NCBI GenBank assembly: GCA_964524145.1
Contig: CAZGCA010000028.1
Coordinates: 1 to 61,943, forward strand
Source of the DNA: an uncultured bacterium
GTDB lineage: Bacteria; Hydrogenedentota; CAZGCA01
DNA length: 61,943 bases
Direction of reading: 5' to 3'
Shown: positions 18,043 through 27,685 of the stretch, one piece after another
How positions within the stretch are numbered: the stretch's first letter is position 1
Layout: each line of letters starts with the position of its first letter
Notes under the pieces: generated by a model
Told to the model about the DNA's origin: nothing
Databases searched by the model: none
Seen by the model: the letters and a program-made list of their open reading frames with translations, nothing else
Translations under genes and position numbers: made by a program

Positions 18043-19617
18043 CTATCCGGCCGGAGCAAACAGCACAACCCGCACGCAGTTTTCCTTCTTCCCCCGTTCG
18101 TAAGAGATCAGCAGGTCTTTTGCAGCATTGCGGTCGATGTCGGCAACGGAACAGTTGCCATAGGCTTCAACACTGACTTCGAAATCCGGGTCCCCCGAGA
18201 ACAGTCGCCCTTTCTCTCCAAGAAAGACTGCAACGGTATCCTTGCCCGTCGCAAACGCGAAATCAAGCAGCCCGTCTCCATCGAAATCTCCCCCGGCGCG
18301 TATTGGTTGTTCCCTGGCTTCAGGCACATCGAAGGAGAGCTTGGTCGAGAGTGAGGGTTTCTCGGCATAGGTCCCGTCGGGCTGCACCAACCGCGCCTCG
18401 ATCTCAAATGATACCTTGTGGCGTAGAAGATAGTTGAGGAAGAACGACACGCCCAGGTTGATTCGTGCGAGCACGAGATCCTTGCTGCCGTTAGCATCCA
18501 CATCCAGGAAGAAGGGCAGTGTCGCGCCGCCCCGGTCGGCGAAGACATGGTCAGGCTTGGCGGGAAACTCGGGCCCGGATTTGCCGAGAAATATCGAGAC
18601 CTCGCTGGCGACTTTCGAGATGCTCGTTCCGGAAAGCTGATGGTAGAAGAGGTCCATATTCCCGTCACCATTGAAATCCTCCGCGTTGTAGAAAACCATC
18701 CATTCCTCATGGAACTCGAGAGGCACATCAAAGGTGTAGGTGTGCAAGGGGAACGTGCCGTTACTCGTGCCAGAGGCAGCCGCCACTTGACGCTTGGATG
18801 CGAGCAGAATGTCGTCCACTCCGTCTCCGTCGAGGTCGTGGAGAACCAACCGGGGCAGGCTGAACCGCACGGTTGTGCTGTCAAGGGTGGCGTCAACAAC
18901 AACGCCGCTTTCTATGTCCACCTCGACCACCGTCGTCGGGGACGACGGGAATCCGGTCTGGTCCTGTAGAAACACCGCGTACCCCCTGGCGTTGGGGAGA
19001 ATGAGATCCTTGAGCCCGTCGTCATTGAGGTCGGCGAAGAGACTGCGCACAACCGGGTCAATCGTCGAGTCGGGGACGAGCGTCTCCCTGGTCTTCAAAG
19101 TCGTCGACAGGCCAAATTGCCCGGTCGTGTCGTCCCAGTGGTAGAACTGCACAAGTTGGCTGCGACATGCGACGATCTCTGTCAAGCCGTCGCCATCCAA
19201 ATCGTCGATGCCAATGATAGCGGTTTCGGCGTCGAGTGGCAGCACAGCATCGGGCTTCGGGTTGTATCGGTAGCTCGTAGAGGCAACGAATGCCGCCACG
19301 TACTTTGTCAGGTCCGCATCTCCCTTGGTGTAAAACACCAGTACGTCCTTGCGGTCATCACCGTTCACGTCGGCCGCAGCGCACCCGCATACCGCACCTT
19401 CGACTTTGAGCGTCTCGATCTTGTGCGTGGGTATGGTCTTGCAATACGAAGCCCGAGCCAAGCCCGCCCATGCGATCAGGGTGATCATCCAGCGCCCAAC
19501 GATCTTGACAGCGAACCGGTGCCTTCGACCGGATCCTCTTGACAGTCTAACCAGAGAAGCTACCATTCCGTTACTCCATCGTACGGCGTCCGTCGACGGG
19601 CCCACCCGCAACAACAC
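18043..19617 (-). CDS. Secreted FG-GAP/VCBS-repeat (beta-propeller) protein
   Basis: Many DxNGDGxxD repeats (DVNGDDRKD, DLDGDGLTE, DFNGDGNMD, DFDGDGLLD); start uncertain, possibly MITLIAWAG near 19488. Confidence 0.85.
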   Translation of the reverse strand: MLLRVGPSTDAVRWSNGMVASLVRLSRGSGRRHRFAVKIVGRWMITLIAWAGLARASYCKTIPTHKIETLKVEGAVCGCAAADVNGDDRKDVLVFYTKGDADLTKYVAAFVASTSYRYNPKPDAVLPLDAETAIIGIDDLDGDGLTEIVACRSQLVQFYHWDDTTGQFGLSTTLKTRETLVPDSTIDPVVRSLFADLNDDGLKDLILPNARGYAVFLQDQTGFPSSPTTVVEVDIESGVVVDATLDSTTVRFSLPRLVLHDLDGDGVDDILLASKRQVAAASGTSNGTFPLHTYTFDVPLEFHEEWMVFYNAEDFNGDGNMDLFYHQLSGTSISKVASEVSIFLGKSGPEFPAKPDHVFADRGGATLPFFLDVDANGSKDLVLARINLGVSFFLNYLLRHKVSFEIEARLVQPDGTYAEKPSLSTKLSFDVPEAREQPIRAGGDFDGDGLLDFAFATGKDTVAVFLGEKGRLFSGDPDFEVSVEAYGNCSVADIDRNAAKDLLISYERGKKENCVRVVLFAPAG

Positions 19618-19637
19618 TCATCCTCAGTCATGCCAGG

Positions 19638-21962
19638 TCACTGACCCACGTACCCCAACGCCTTGAGCTTGCGCAACACAGCGGGATCGACACCGACACC
19701 TTCCGCCTCTGGATGGCGTGACAACCACTCGTCGCGCACTCGTTCACCGTTCTTGACGTACTCTTCTATCTCCGCTTCGAGTTCCCTGGCTTTCTCAGGG
19801 CTCTCGGCCGTAATATCATGTATCTCGTAGGGATCGGAAGCAAGGTCAAACAGACTGCTGTCCAGTCCGGGAGGGTTGAGAAGCTTCATGTTCTTTGTTC
19901 GGACAGAGATGAAGAGTTCGTCGATAAGTAATTCGCTGAAGTGGTGCTGTCTGTCCGGGGCGGAAACGGACCGGTCACCCGAGATTACCTTGGCTAGACT
20001 TATTCCCTGCGCTTCCGCAGGCGTATCCAACCCACAGATTCCCAGGATTGTCGGCATAAGATCGAGCAGCGACACCTGACCGGGAATGACTTGTCCGGGC
20101 GGCACAACCCCCGGCATCCAAAACACCAACGGTACGAGCACCACCCCGTCGTTGAGTATAAATCCGTGACCTATGTATCCGTGTTCATTGAACTCCTCGC
20201 CGTGGTCGGCCGTGATGATGACGAGCGTGTTTCCGTCCAGACCAAGCTCGGTCAGTTTGTCCATCAGCCGACCGATATATCTGTCTGTGAAACGTATCTC
20301 GCCATCATAGAGCGTTTCCTTGACCCGTCCCTCGTCGGCTTGTGCTTGCGAAATCTTTCCCGCGTCGACCTGCGCGTTTCGCGCGAGCTCAGCAAGCTCG
20401 GCCGGCTCAGTATCGTCGAAGACAGCGTTGTAAGGTGCAGGCGGCGTATAGGGCCCGTGAACCTGGTACGTGTGAATGAAAAGAAAAAACGGGAACGGGT
20501 GGTACTCTTCGAGCCATCGAAACGCGCGAGCAAACGTCTTGGTGCAATAGCCCAGCGTCGACGTTATGTCCTTGGGAGAGCCGAAACCGTCAAAGTACGA
20601 GCGGAACCCGTCGTCGAAACCGAATATCGAGTCCACAAAGACGTCCTCTGTGAATGCAGCGGTGACGTAGCCTGCTTCCGCAAACACCTCTGCAAGCGTC
20701 GTCCTGGCGGGATGGAGCCGCGAGCCCGGTTTCTGGTATATCCCGTGGACGATCGGCGGCAGCGACGTGAACATCGACATGTGGGACGGTGTCGTGTAGG
20801 GCGCCGTACATACCACCTCCTCGAACCTGGTTCCCTCGCCCGCTACACGGTCGATGTTCGGGCTTGTGTGGCGCACGTAGCCGTAACAGCCGACGTGACG
20901 GGCAGAAAGCGTGTCGATGGACACGAGGATGACATTCGCGGGCGAGCTCGTGCGGCGCGGTGTGTCAACATGGGGAACCGCCCAGACGGCCCTCAGCGGG
21001 CGGGTGAGACCTTTCGGTCCGTAAAACCATAGTTTCCGCAACGTCGCTGTCACGGTCGAAAGGAAGCCGTCGCCTCCGCCGGCAAGACTTGTCCGGAAGA
21101 CGACGTCTATCTTCTGGCCGGCGTACTGCGATAGGTCCAATGTCCCGTTTGTCCATTCAGAAGACCGCGGCGGCAACTCGTGAACAAAAGCATCCTCGGA
21201 CAGCCCGGATTCATCCGCGATAGAAACCGAGAATCGCACGTTCCGGTCCAGTGCCTTGTCGAGTGTTCCAAACGCGAAGTGGAGCCTCGCGTTCTTATCA
21301 GTTTCGAAGGTGAATACAGCCTCGTTGGGTACCGGGACTACTATCGCCTTGCGGACCTCGAGACCGATCTTGGCGCTGTTGTGTCGCAGCATGGGCAACT
21401 CCGCTTCCAGCGCCATCGAGATGGTGTACGCTTTCGCCGCGAGAAACGCGACGAGCGCCATCGCGCAGACGTTCAGCGGCACCGACCGCCATCGCGATCG
21501 GGCGGCGTCCGGACGACGTCGGCGCAGCAACCGAACAAAAGAAATCAGGTAGCAGAGCCCGGTCAAGAGGGTCACAGGCGGCAACAGTTTTCTGCCAAGC
21601 ATGGGTATCGGCGTCAGGCTGGGCGGGAGAATACCTTTCGCTATCAGGAACCCGGTGAACCCTAGCAGATACAAGTACAGCAACAGTATCGGCAACGATG
21701 CGTACGCGTGGCTGCACAACGAGTCGCGAGAGTCGGTCCGGGTGAGAATGCTGATGAACGCAGAGTAGGCCCGCCAGCCAAACCAGAATGTGAGGATAGT
21801 CCCGAAAAAGGCAAATGGAAACCGGGGGCTGATGAGCCGTGCCTCGACATTGTTCTTGACGAGCACGCCGCAGAGAAACACCCCTGCTGCGGAACCACAG
21901 AAAAGCGCGGTACTATTGTACGCGACCGGTGTCTTCAACAGTTTCCGTAAGGAAGATGCCAT
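19638..21962 (-). CDS. Membrane-anchored sulfatase-superfamily protein (N-terminal TMs, beta-sandwich, catalytic domain)
   Basis: NVILVSIDTL, APYTTPSHMS, HTYQVHGPY, YDGEI, TADHGEEF, ends LKALGY. Confidence 0.87.
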   Translation of the reverse strand: MASSLRKLLKTPVAYNSTALFCGSAAGVFLCGVLVKNNVEARLISPRFPFAFFGTILTFWFGWRAYSAFISILTRTDSRDSLCSHAYASLPILLLYLYLLGFTGFLIAKGILPPSLTPIPMLGRKLLPPVTLLTGLCYLISFVRLLRRRRPDAARSRWRSVPLNVCAMALVAFLAAKAYTISMALEAELPMLRHNSAKIGLEVRKAIVVPVPNEAVFTFETDKNARLHFAFGTLDKALDRNVRFSVSIADESGLSEDAFVHELPPRSSEWTNGTLDLSQYAGQKIDVVFRTSLAGGGDGFLSTVTATLRKLWFYGPKGLTRPLRAVWAVPHVDTPRRTSSPANVILVSIDTLSARHVGCYGYVRHTSPNIDRVAGEGTRFEEVVCTAPYTTPSHMSMFTSLPPIVHGIYQKPGSRLHPARTTLAEVFAEAGYVTAAFTEDVFVDSIFGFDDGFRSYFDGFGSPKDITSTLGYCTKTFARAFRWLEEYHPFPFFLFIHTYQVHGPYTPPAPYNAVFDDTEPAELAELARNAQVDAGKISQAQADEGRVKETLYDGEIRFTDRYIGRLMDKLTELGLDGNTLVIITADHGEEFNEHGYIGHGFILNDGVVLVPLVFWMPGVVPPGQVIPGQVSLLDLMPTILGICGLDTPAEAQGISLAKVISGDRSVSAPDRQHHFSELLIDELFISVRTKNMKLLNPPGLDSSLFDLASDPYEIHDITAESPEKARELEAEIEEYVKNGERVRDEWLSRHPEAEGVGVDPAVLRKLKALGYVGQ

Positions 21963-22020
21963 CAGAACCTTCAGCCACTCTCGGTCATTACTTGTTCGGA
22001 TGCTTTCCGGCCGGCCCTCG

Positions 22021-22476
22021 TCACGGAGACCCGCCCGACGGGAACGCAATGCACCGGCCCTGCATGTCTCTGTGTACGATCTTCTGTAAATCCGCTCTGT
22101 CGATCTGGCCTTTGCTTTCCTGGTACCGCCAAGAGACGTTGATCGCCAGCGGAGCTGCAAATGACAACAACTGGTAAAGATTGATGCAGCCGTCCATTCC
22201 GCCAAACAGGTTTCTGATACGCCGGTAAAACCCCTTGGCGATCTTTGTACCGACAAGTTTTTCGACTGCCGGCTCTATGCAGTGGCACATCTCACTGGGC
22301 ACCCGTTCCATGCTAACAGCGGCCGACTCTATACAATACTCCGGCAGCGATATATCCAGAGAGAGTGTTATGTCGTGGTACGCGTCCTGGACCGATGCTC
22401 TTAGGCCGAGACGGTCTTCGCCAACTTCGGTAAACTTTATGTCAATCTGCCTATGAAACAGGTCTGTCACATGCAA
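22021..22476 (-). CDS. DUF2889-family protein
   Basis: FHRQI, DAYHDI, MERVP..MC, GGMDGCINL, C-terminal CIAF. Confidence 0.72.
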   Translation of the reverse strand: MHVTDLFHRQIDIKFTEVGEDRLGLRASVQDAYHDITLSLDISLPEYCIESAAVSMERVPSEMCHCIEPAVEKLVGTKIAKGFYRRIRNLFGGMDGCINLYQLLSFAAPLAINVSWRYQESKGQIDRADLQKIVHRDMQGRCIAFPSGGSP

Positions 22477-23227
22477 GCTTCCCTTTAACCTGGCGGACGA
22501 TTGCCGGCAAGATCTCGGTTGACGACCCCTGCAGAAAACAATCGGATATCCGATTGGTCAGGTCGGTGTGTTCGAGATTGATCTCGGCGACAAACGCGCC
22601 GTTTCTTTTCGCAATTCGCGGTATATCTGCCGCCGGATAGACGTACGCAAACGTGCCGATCGCGAGACATATCTCGCAGTCGGCCGCCTCGGTTTCCGCT
22701 CTCACGCGAGCTTCAGGCGGGATCAGTTCCCCAAAGAACACCACATCGGGTTTCAGCACCATATCGCACGAGCACTGCGGCGGGAACACGTCCGCATCGA
22801 TCTGGTCGCGGTCGTACTTCTTCCCGCAGCGGATACAGGCCAGCCGTTCGCCGTTGCCGTGGAACTCTATCACGTTGCGGCTGCCCGCTCGCTGGTGAAG
22901 CGAGTCGACGTTCTGGGTGACGAGCGCGCTCAACCGCCCCATGCGCTCAAGCTCAGCCAGAGCGATATGACCGGCGTTGGGGCTTGCTCTTGTTATGAGA
23001 TCGTGCATCTCTGCGAGCATTGTCCATACGCGCGCCGGATTCGAAACAAACGCGTCGATAGTGGCGTACTCGTTCGGGTCGTATTTCGTCCACAACCCCT
23101 GCGCTCCACGGAATGCGGGAATGCCGCTGTCAACCGATATGCCCGCACCCGTGAGAGCCATCACGCGGCTTGACGACGCTATGCGGTCCGCCACGTCCAT
23201 GATGGCGGCTTCGAGCTGATTGTCCAT
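22451..23227 (-). CDS. cobB: NAD-dependent protein deacylase (Sir2 family)
   Basis: TGAGISVDSGIPAFRG, TQNVDSLH, HG, CxxC..CxC, KPDVVFFGE. Confidence 0.94.
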   Translation of the reverse strand: MDNQLEAAIMDVADRIASSSRVMALTGAGISVDSGIPAFRGAQGLWTKYDPNEYATIDAFVSNPARVWTMLAEMHDLITRASPNAGHIALAELERMGRLSALVTQNVDSLHQRAGSRNVIEFHGNGERLACIRCGKKYDRDQIDADVFPPQCSCDMVLKPDVVFFGELIPPEARVRAETEAADCEICLAIGTFAYVYPAADIPRIAKRNGAFVAEINLEHTDLTNRISDCFLQGSSTEILPAIVRQVKGKLACDRPVS

Positions 23228-23233
23228 ACGGGT

Positions 23234-24121
23234 TCAGCCTTTCTCCGGGGCCGTAACATCGAGAGAAGCAACGATCTCGGTGAGCTTGGCCAAACAGAAA
23301 CGGCTCGCGCCTTCGGCTCCTTTCGAGAACTCCTCTCCGCCCGGGAGGTTCAACTCTTCTTCTGTGAGCTTGTCGGGACGGATATGGGTCTCGAGCGAGA
23401 CGTACCCTTCGTACCGGTCATCGACAAGCGCCTGCAACTGGCCCGGAATGTCTACTATACCGGCACCCAGTGCCACGCATTCCGGTTCGTCGCTCTGCGG
23501 GTCGCGCCGCGCGTCTTTCAGGTGAACGTGTACGAAATTCCCGCGCACGTTCTCGTAGCCGTCAGGGAACGGTACCTCCACTTCGGGGTCATAGACAACA
23601 TTGGCCGGGTCCCAGGTGATCCGGACGCGGTCGGTCCCCAGCTTCTCGACGAACGTGGCAACATGGCCGCCCGTGCCAAGAAAGGTGCTCGCCTCGTTTT
23701 CGAGCCCCAACGTCGCGCCGGCGGATTCCAGTATGGGCACAACGTCCTCGTAGCGACGCAGCATCTCGTCCCACGGCTTGTCGGTGCTGCCGTTCCGCCA
23801 GAACGCAAACCCGCGTATCAACCGGCAGTCCCAGCGGCGGCCGATATCGATACACCGGCGCAAGATGTCGAGATGCTCGGCCACGGCCTTATCGGAGTCT
23901 ATCGGGCACTTGAAGAACGGCGATGCGACACTGCATATCTTCAACCCGGCGTCGCTGACCGCGCGAGCGATCCGGTCCACCTCGGAGTCAGTAAGCTTTT
24001 CGACGCCTTTGTCCCACACGCTGCGTATCTCGAGCGCGGCTAGACCGTACTCTTTGGCGACGACTATTGCGCGATCGATCTCCTGCGAGACTTCGTCGTT
24101 GAATATCGCCAGTTTGAACAT
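23234..24121 (-). CDS. Sugar phosphate isomerase/epimerase (TIM barrel)
   Basis: DE.SQ, LEIR, LENE, WDPAN, HVHLKD, SLETH. Confidence 0.88.
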   Translation of the reverse strand: MFKLAIFNDEVSQEIDRAIVVAKEYGLAALEIRSVWDKGVEKLTDSEVDRIARAVSDAGLKICSVASPFFKCPIDSDKAVAEHLDILRRCIDIGRRWDCRLIRGFAFWRNGSTDKPWDEMLRRYEDVVPILESAGATLGLENEASTFLGTGGHVATFVEKLGTDRVRITWDPANVVYDPEVEVPFPDGYENVRGNFVHVHLKDARRDPQSDEPECVALGAGIVDIPGQLQALVDDRYEGYVSLETHIRPDKLTEEELNLPGGEEFSKGAEGASRFCLAKLTEIVASLDVTAPEKG

Positions 24122-24136
24122 TACACAGTCCTCAGC

Positions 24137-25129
24137 TCAATCCTGGAGAGGCAGGGAGACCTTCTTCCCGGTCTCTCCCGACCGATATGCCGCCATCGTG
24201 ACCTCGAGCGCCTTGTACCCGTCGTAACCCGTAATCGGCGGTTCGCCGTTGGTCTCGACCATCGTGATGAAATCGGATATGAGCCCCATATCCATGTCAT
24301 CACCCCAGTTGACCCACGTGGCGTGTGTCTCTTCCATGCTGTAGAGCGTCATCTTCTGGTTGAACGCATCAACATAGACGACACCCTTGTCGCCGAGAAC
24401 CTCCATCGTGACGTCGCCCCAGGTCGGATAGCACGGGAGCCGCGACCAGCTTGGATCGTGGGAGACGATCACGCCGCCTTCGTACTCGATGTTCAACATG
24501 CCGCAGTCTTCGGTGTCGATGTCGTCATAGAACCGGCGGTCGATCTCGGCGTAGAGGCTTACCGCCTCGATGCCGAATATCCAGCGGATGAGGTCGGCGA
24601 CATGGACGGTGTGGTCCATTACCGCACCGCCGCCCGAAAGCGCCTTGACGGGAAAGAACCCGCCGGGCATCGAGCCGTGGTTTGTCGTTCGAACGGCGAG
24701 CACTTTGCCGAACTTACCGTCGTTGACCATCTCCTTGACACGGATCAAAGAGGGCGCGTACCGGCACGGGAACGCTATCATCAACCGGACGCCGTTCTCC
24801 TGCGCGGTATCTATCATCTTCTTCGCGTCTTCGAGGGTGGTCGCTATCGGTTTTTCGCAGAGAATGTGTTTGTCGGCGTTCGCGGCGGCAACAGCCATCC
24901 CGCAGTGTTTTGCGTTCTCCGAACAAATGACCACAGCGTCTATCGGCTGCGCAAGAAGTTTGTCCTGGTCGGCGAAATAGTCGGTGCCGAGCGACTCGGC
25001 CATCTGCTTACCGCGTTCCTCGTCCTCGTCGAAGACGCCGCAGATGGTTGCGCCGGGATGCTCTTTCAGGCAGGCCGCGTAGCTGTGCTGGTGCAGATGC
25101 GCGAAACTCATCAATCCAACGTTAACCAT
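24137..25129 (-). CDS. Gfo/Idh/MocA family oxidoreductase
   Basis: SFAHLH, LCEKPIA, AFPCRY, GGGAVMDHTVH. Confidence 0.92.
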   Translation of the reverse strand: MVNVGLMSFAHLHQHSYAACLKEHPGATICGVFDEDEERGKQMAESLGTDYFADQDKLLAQPIDAVVICSENAKHCGMAVAAANADKHILCEKPIATTLEDAKKMIDTAQENGVRLMIAFPCRYAPSLIRVKEMVNDGKFGKVLAVRTTNHGSMPGGFFPVKALSGGGAVMDHTVHVADLIRWIFGIEAVSLYAEIDRRFYDDIDTEDCGMLNIEYEGGVIVSHDPSWSRLPCYPTWGDVTMEVLGDKGVVYVDAFNQKMTLYSMEETHATWVNWGDDMDMGLISDFITMVETNGEPPITGYDGYKALEVTMAAYRSGETGKKVSLPLQD

Positions 25130-25139
25130 CGTACCCTCC

Positions 25140-26123
25140 TCACAGCTCGACCGGCTCGCCCGAGTCGACGGATTCGAGCGCAGCCAAGGCTATCTTCATC
25201 GCTTCCAGCGCGTCCTGTGCCGAGACTCTCGGTTCGCGATCATCTTTCAACCACGCAACAAGATCTTCCCATTCGAGCCGGAACGGCGTCTTCAGTGTTG
25301 GGAGTTCCGGCACGGCAACGCCGCCGCCCGGCGCGTCGGTATCGTGAAGCTCGGTCCGGATCGGCGCCGCATCGTCGCTGCTGCCGTAGAGCAACCCTTT
25401 GCTGCCCGCGACCTCGTACTCGGTGCGGAAGTTGCCCGGATACGCCCAGGAGCCCGTCACATGGGCTATCACGCCGTTCTGGAACTTTATGCAGACAAGC
25501 GCGTAGTCCAGCTCCTTGATCCCGTGATGCTCGATGTTTTGTGCGAACACCCGTTTGGCGTCGCCAAAACACCAGCGAAGCCAGTCTATATCGTGGATCA
25601 GCATGTCGAGGATAAGCGTGCCGCTCTTCTCGCGCTCGTTGTACCAGGATTTGCCGCCGAACGGCGCCGGACCGCCTCGCAGCAGCCGGACAACCCCGAC
25701 TCGGCCAACCGCTCCCGCATCGATCTGTTCTTTCAGCTTGACGTACTCGTGAAAGTACCGAACCACCTGGCCGATGAAGAGACGCCCGCCCGCTTTGTCG
25801 ACCGCGTCGAGTATCTCCCGGCCCTGTTCGAGCGTGAGCGCCAGCGGTTTCTCGGCGAAGATGTTCTTGCCGGCCTTCGCAGCGGCAAGGATCAGGTCAC
25901 GGTGGCCCGGCGTCGGTACGCATACCGCAACGATGTCTATCGCGTCATCGTCGAGCACGTCCTCGACTTTCGCCGTTGCCTTCGCTCCTACCCTCGACGC
26001 AAGCGCCTCGGCTTTCTCCAACTCGAGGTCCGCAACCGTCGATACCGTCAGGTCAGGTATCTCGACGCAACAATCCGCGTGCATGTTGCCCATAGTTCCC
26101 GCACCTATGATTCCTACATTCAA
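25140..26123 (-). CDS. Gfo/Idh/MocA family oxidoreductase
   Basis: GAGTMG, EKPLA, DMLIHDID. Confidence 0.92.
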   Translation of the reverse strand: MNVGIIGAGTMGNMHADCCVEIPDLTVSTVADLELEKAEALASRVGAKATAKVEDVLDDDAIDIVAVCVPTPGHRDLILAAAKAGKNIFAEKPLALTLEQGREILDAVDKAGGRLFIGQVVRYFHEYVKLKEQIDAGAVGRVGVVRLLRGGPAPFGGKSWYNEREKSGTLILDMLIHDIDWLRWCFGDAKRVFAQNIEHHGIKELDYALVCIKFQNGVIAHVTGSWAYPGNFRTEYEVAGSKGLLYGSSDDAAPIRTELHDTDAPGGGVAVPELPTLKTPFRLEWEDLVAWLKDDREPRVSAQDALEAMKIALAALESVDSGEPVEL

Positions 26124-26185
26124 CTTGCCAACCCTCCTTTTGTTCTTATAGACAACATCTTAGGCAACTGCTCCTTGTTCAGTCC

Positions 26186-26213
26186 CTAGTAGCTAGTTGC
26201 TAGTTGCTAGTAT
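26186..26213. repeat. Tandem heptamer array (CTAGTTG)x4, imperfect
   Basis: ctagtag ctagttg ctagttg ctagtat, overlapping the four-helix gene stop. Confidence 0.85.
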
Positions 26214-26562
26214 CAAGTGAACGGATCAGACCGTTTATCAAGCGGCCAACCTCGTCCACGAGTTCGCAGAGCCTCTGGATCCCGTCTTTGCTCACTATCT
26301 CCAAATTCCTGGCAATCAGGACCTGGGTTTCGACTTCAAACAACGGCCCGCGTGCGTGGCCAAGAAACTGTTTGAATTCGCCAACCGATACCCGTCCTTG
26401 TCCTTCGGCAATGTTGCTCGGAACGGAGACAGCCGCCCGGCGCACCTGGGATATGAGTCCAAACCTCTCGTGCTTCGGAAAGCGCTCCGTAACTCGATAC
26501 ACCTCTGTCACCAGATCCATCGCTCTCTGCCACACTACCAGTTCCTTATAGTGTCTCGCCAA
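26200..26562 (-). CDS. Four-helix-bundle protein (23S rRNA IVS protein / S23 / bAvd-like, TIGR02436)
   Basis: YKELVVWQRAM, FPKHERFGL.SQ.RRAAVSVPSNIAEG, EVETQ; TTG start after AGGAG. Confidence 0.92.
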   Translation of the reverse strand: MARHYKELVVWQRAMDLVTEVYRVTERFPKHERFGLISQVRRAAVSVPSNIAEGQGRVSVGEFKQFLGHARGPLFEVETQVLIARNLEIVSKDGIQRLCELVDEVGRLINGLIRSLDTSN

Positions 26563-26577
26563 GACCAGGTTGTCTCC

Positions 26578-26598
26578 TAACCAGCAACTAGCAACTAT
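26578..26598. repeat. Tandem heptamer array (CAACTAG)x3, inverted relative to 26186-26213
   Basis: taaccag caactag caactat, just upstream of the four-helix gene RBS. Confidence 0.8.
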
Positions 26599-26612
26599 GA
26601 GCGACCCATGTT

Positions 26613-27449
26613 TCACATGGTCGCGATCGATTCCAGGCTAGTCAACGTGTGGCGCAGCATCGCCTCCTTGTCGTGTGTGTAGGCTGACAGCTCGGCTATC
26701 AGCGGGCCGTCGTACCCGATATCGCGGAACGCTTTCATTACTTCCGGCCAGTTGACGTCGCCTTCGAGCAAACCGACGAACGAGCCCATCCCCATCGTGT
26801 GCCACTTGAAATCTTTCACGTGAACCCGTTTGATGCGGTCCCCGAGGATGGGTATCCAGTGTTCGGGCATGCCGAACGCAAGCACGTTCCCGACGTCGAA
26901 ATACGCGGCCACGTACTCGCTCCCTACCTTGTCGATGAAATCGCGCATCTCGAGCGGGCTCATCAACATGCCGTTCCAGACGTTCTCGACGCCGATCGTG
27001 ACCTTGTGCTTCTCTGCGTCGGCCGCAAGCTCTTTCATAGCCTCGAGCGCTCGGTCGTACGCGAGGTCGTAAGGGACTACTTCCGCGCTCGAGTCCCACG
27101 GTATATGGACCGCGCCGGGCACGACCAGCACCGCGTCAACGCCAAGCCAGGACGCTATATCGAGCTGGTTCCTGCAGACCGCGCGGGCTTTTTCCCGCAC
27201 CTCGCCGTCGTTGCTCGTCAACGAATACTTCCAGTACAGGCCGGACGCGAAACTCGTGATGGCTATACCCGTCTCGTCAGCGAACTGCACAATAGACTCG
27301 ATCTCGTCCCTCGACGATTCGAGCGACGTCTCGCCCGTCTCGTTCTGGGCAAGCTCTATCGCCTCGTACCCGATATCTTTCGCTGTCCGGATAGCGTCCC
27401 TGACGCTCGTACCCGCTGCAAACCCCCAGATGCTGATACCCTTTTTCAT
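26613..27449 (-). CDS. Sugar phosphate isomerase/epimerase (hexulose-6-P isomerase / L-ribulose-5-P 3-epimerase-like)
   Basis: GYEAIEL, VLVVPG, ENVWN, YFDVGN, VHVKDF, GDVNW. Confidence 0.9.
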   Translation of the reverse strand: MKKGISIWGFAAGTSVRDAIRTAKDIGYEAIELAQNETGETSLESSRDEIESIVQFADETGIAITSFASGLYWKYSLTSNDGEVREKARAVCRNQLDIASWLGVDAVLVVPGAVHIPWDSSAEVVPYDLAYDRALEAMKELAADAEKHKVTIGVENVWNGMLMSPLEMRDFIDKVGSEYVAAYFDVGNVLAFGMPEHWIPILGDRIKRVHVKDFKWHTMGMGSFVGLLEGDVNWPEVMKAFRDIGYDGPLIAELSAYTHDKEAMLRHTLTSLESIATM

Positions 27450-27482
27450 ATGCTCGTCTCCACGCCGCATATTCTCAATCAC

Positions 27483-27614
27483 TAACCGTTAAGGCATTAT
27501 ATTTCCGGCGCTGAAACGATGTCAAGCGATGATGAGTCTGGAGTCTTCAGTCTGTAGTCTGGAGTCTGTAGTCCGCAGCCCCGTTCGTGGTCCCACCTTC
27601 AGGCGGTGGCATCA
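27483..27614. repeat. Direct repeat A1: promoter + AGTCT(G/T) heptamer array + REP half
   Basis: Aligns with 29134-29248 at roughly 80 percent by eye; contains minus-strand TTGACA-N18-TATAAT (27496-27525). Confidence 0.88.
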
Positions 27615-27685
27615 AACGGACGTGCCTCTCCTTCTCATTCTGGCAATGCAAGAGCCATTGCAGGGGATGACGATGGTGATCCGCG

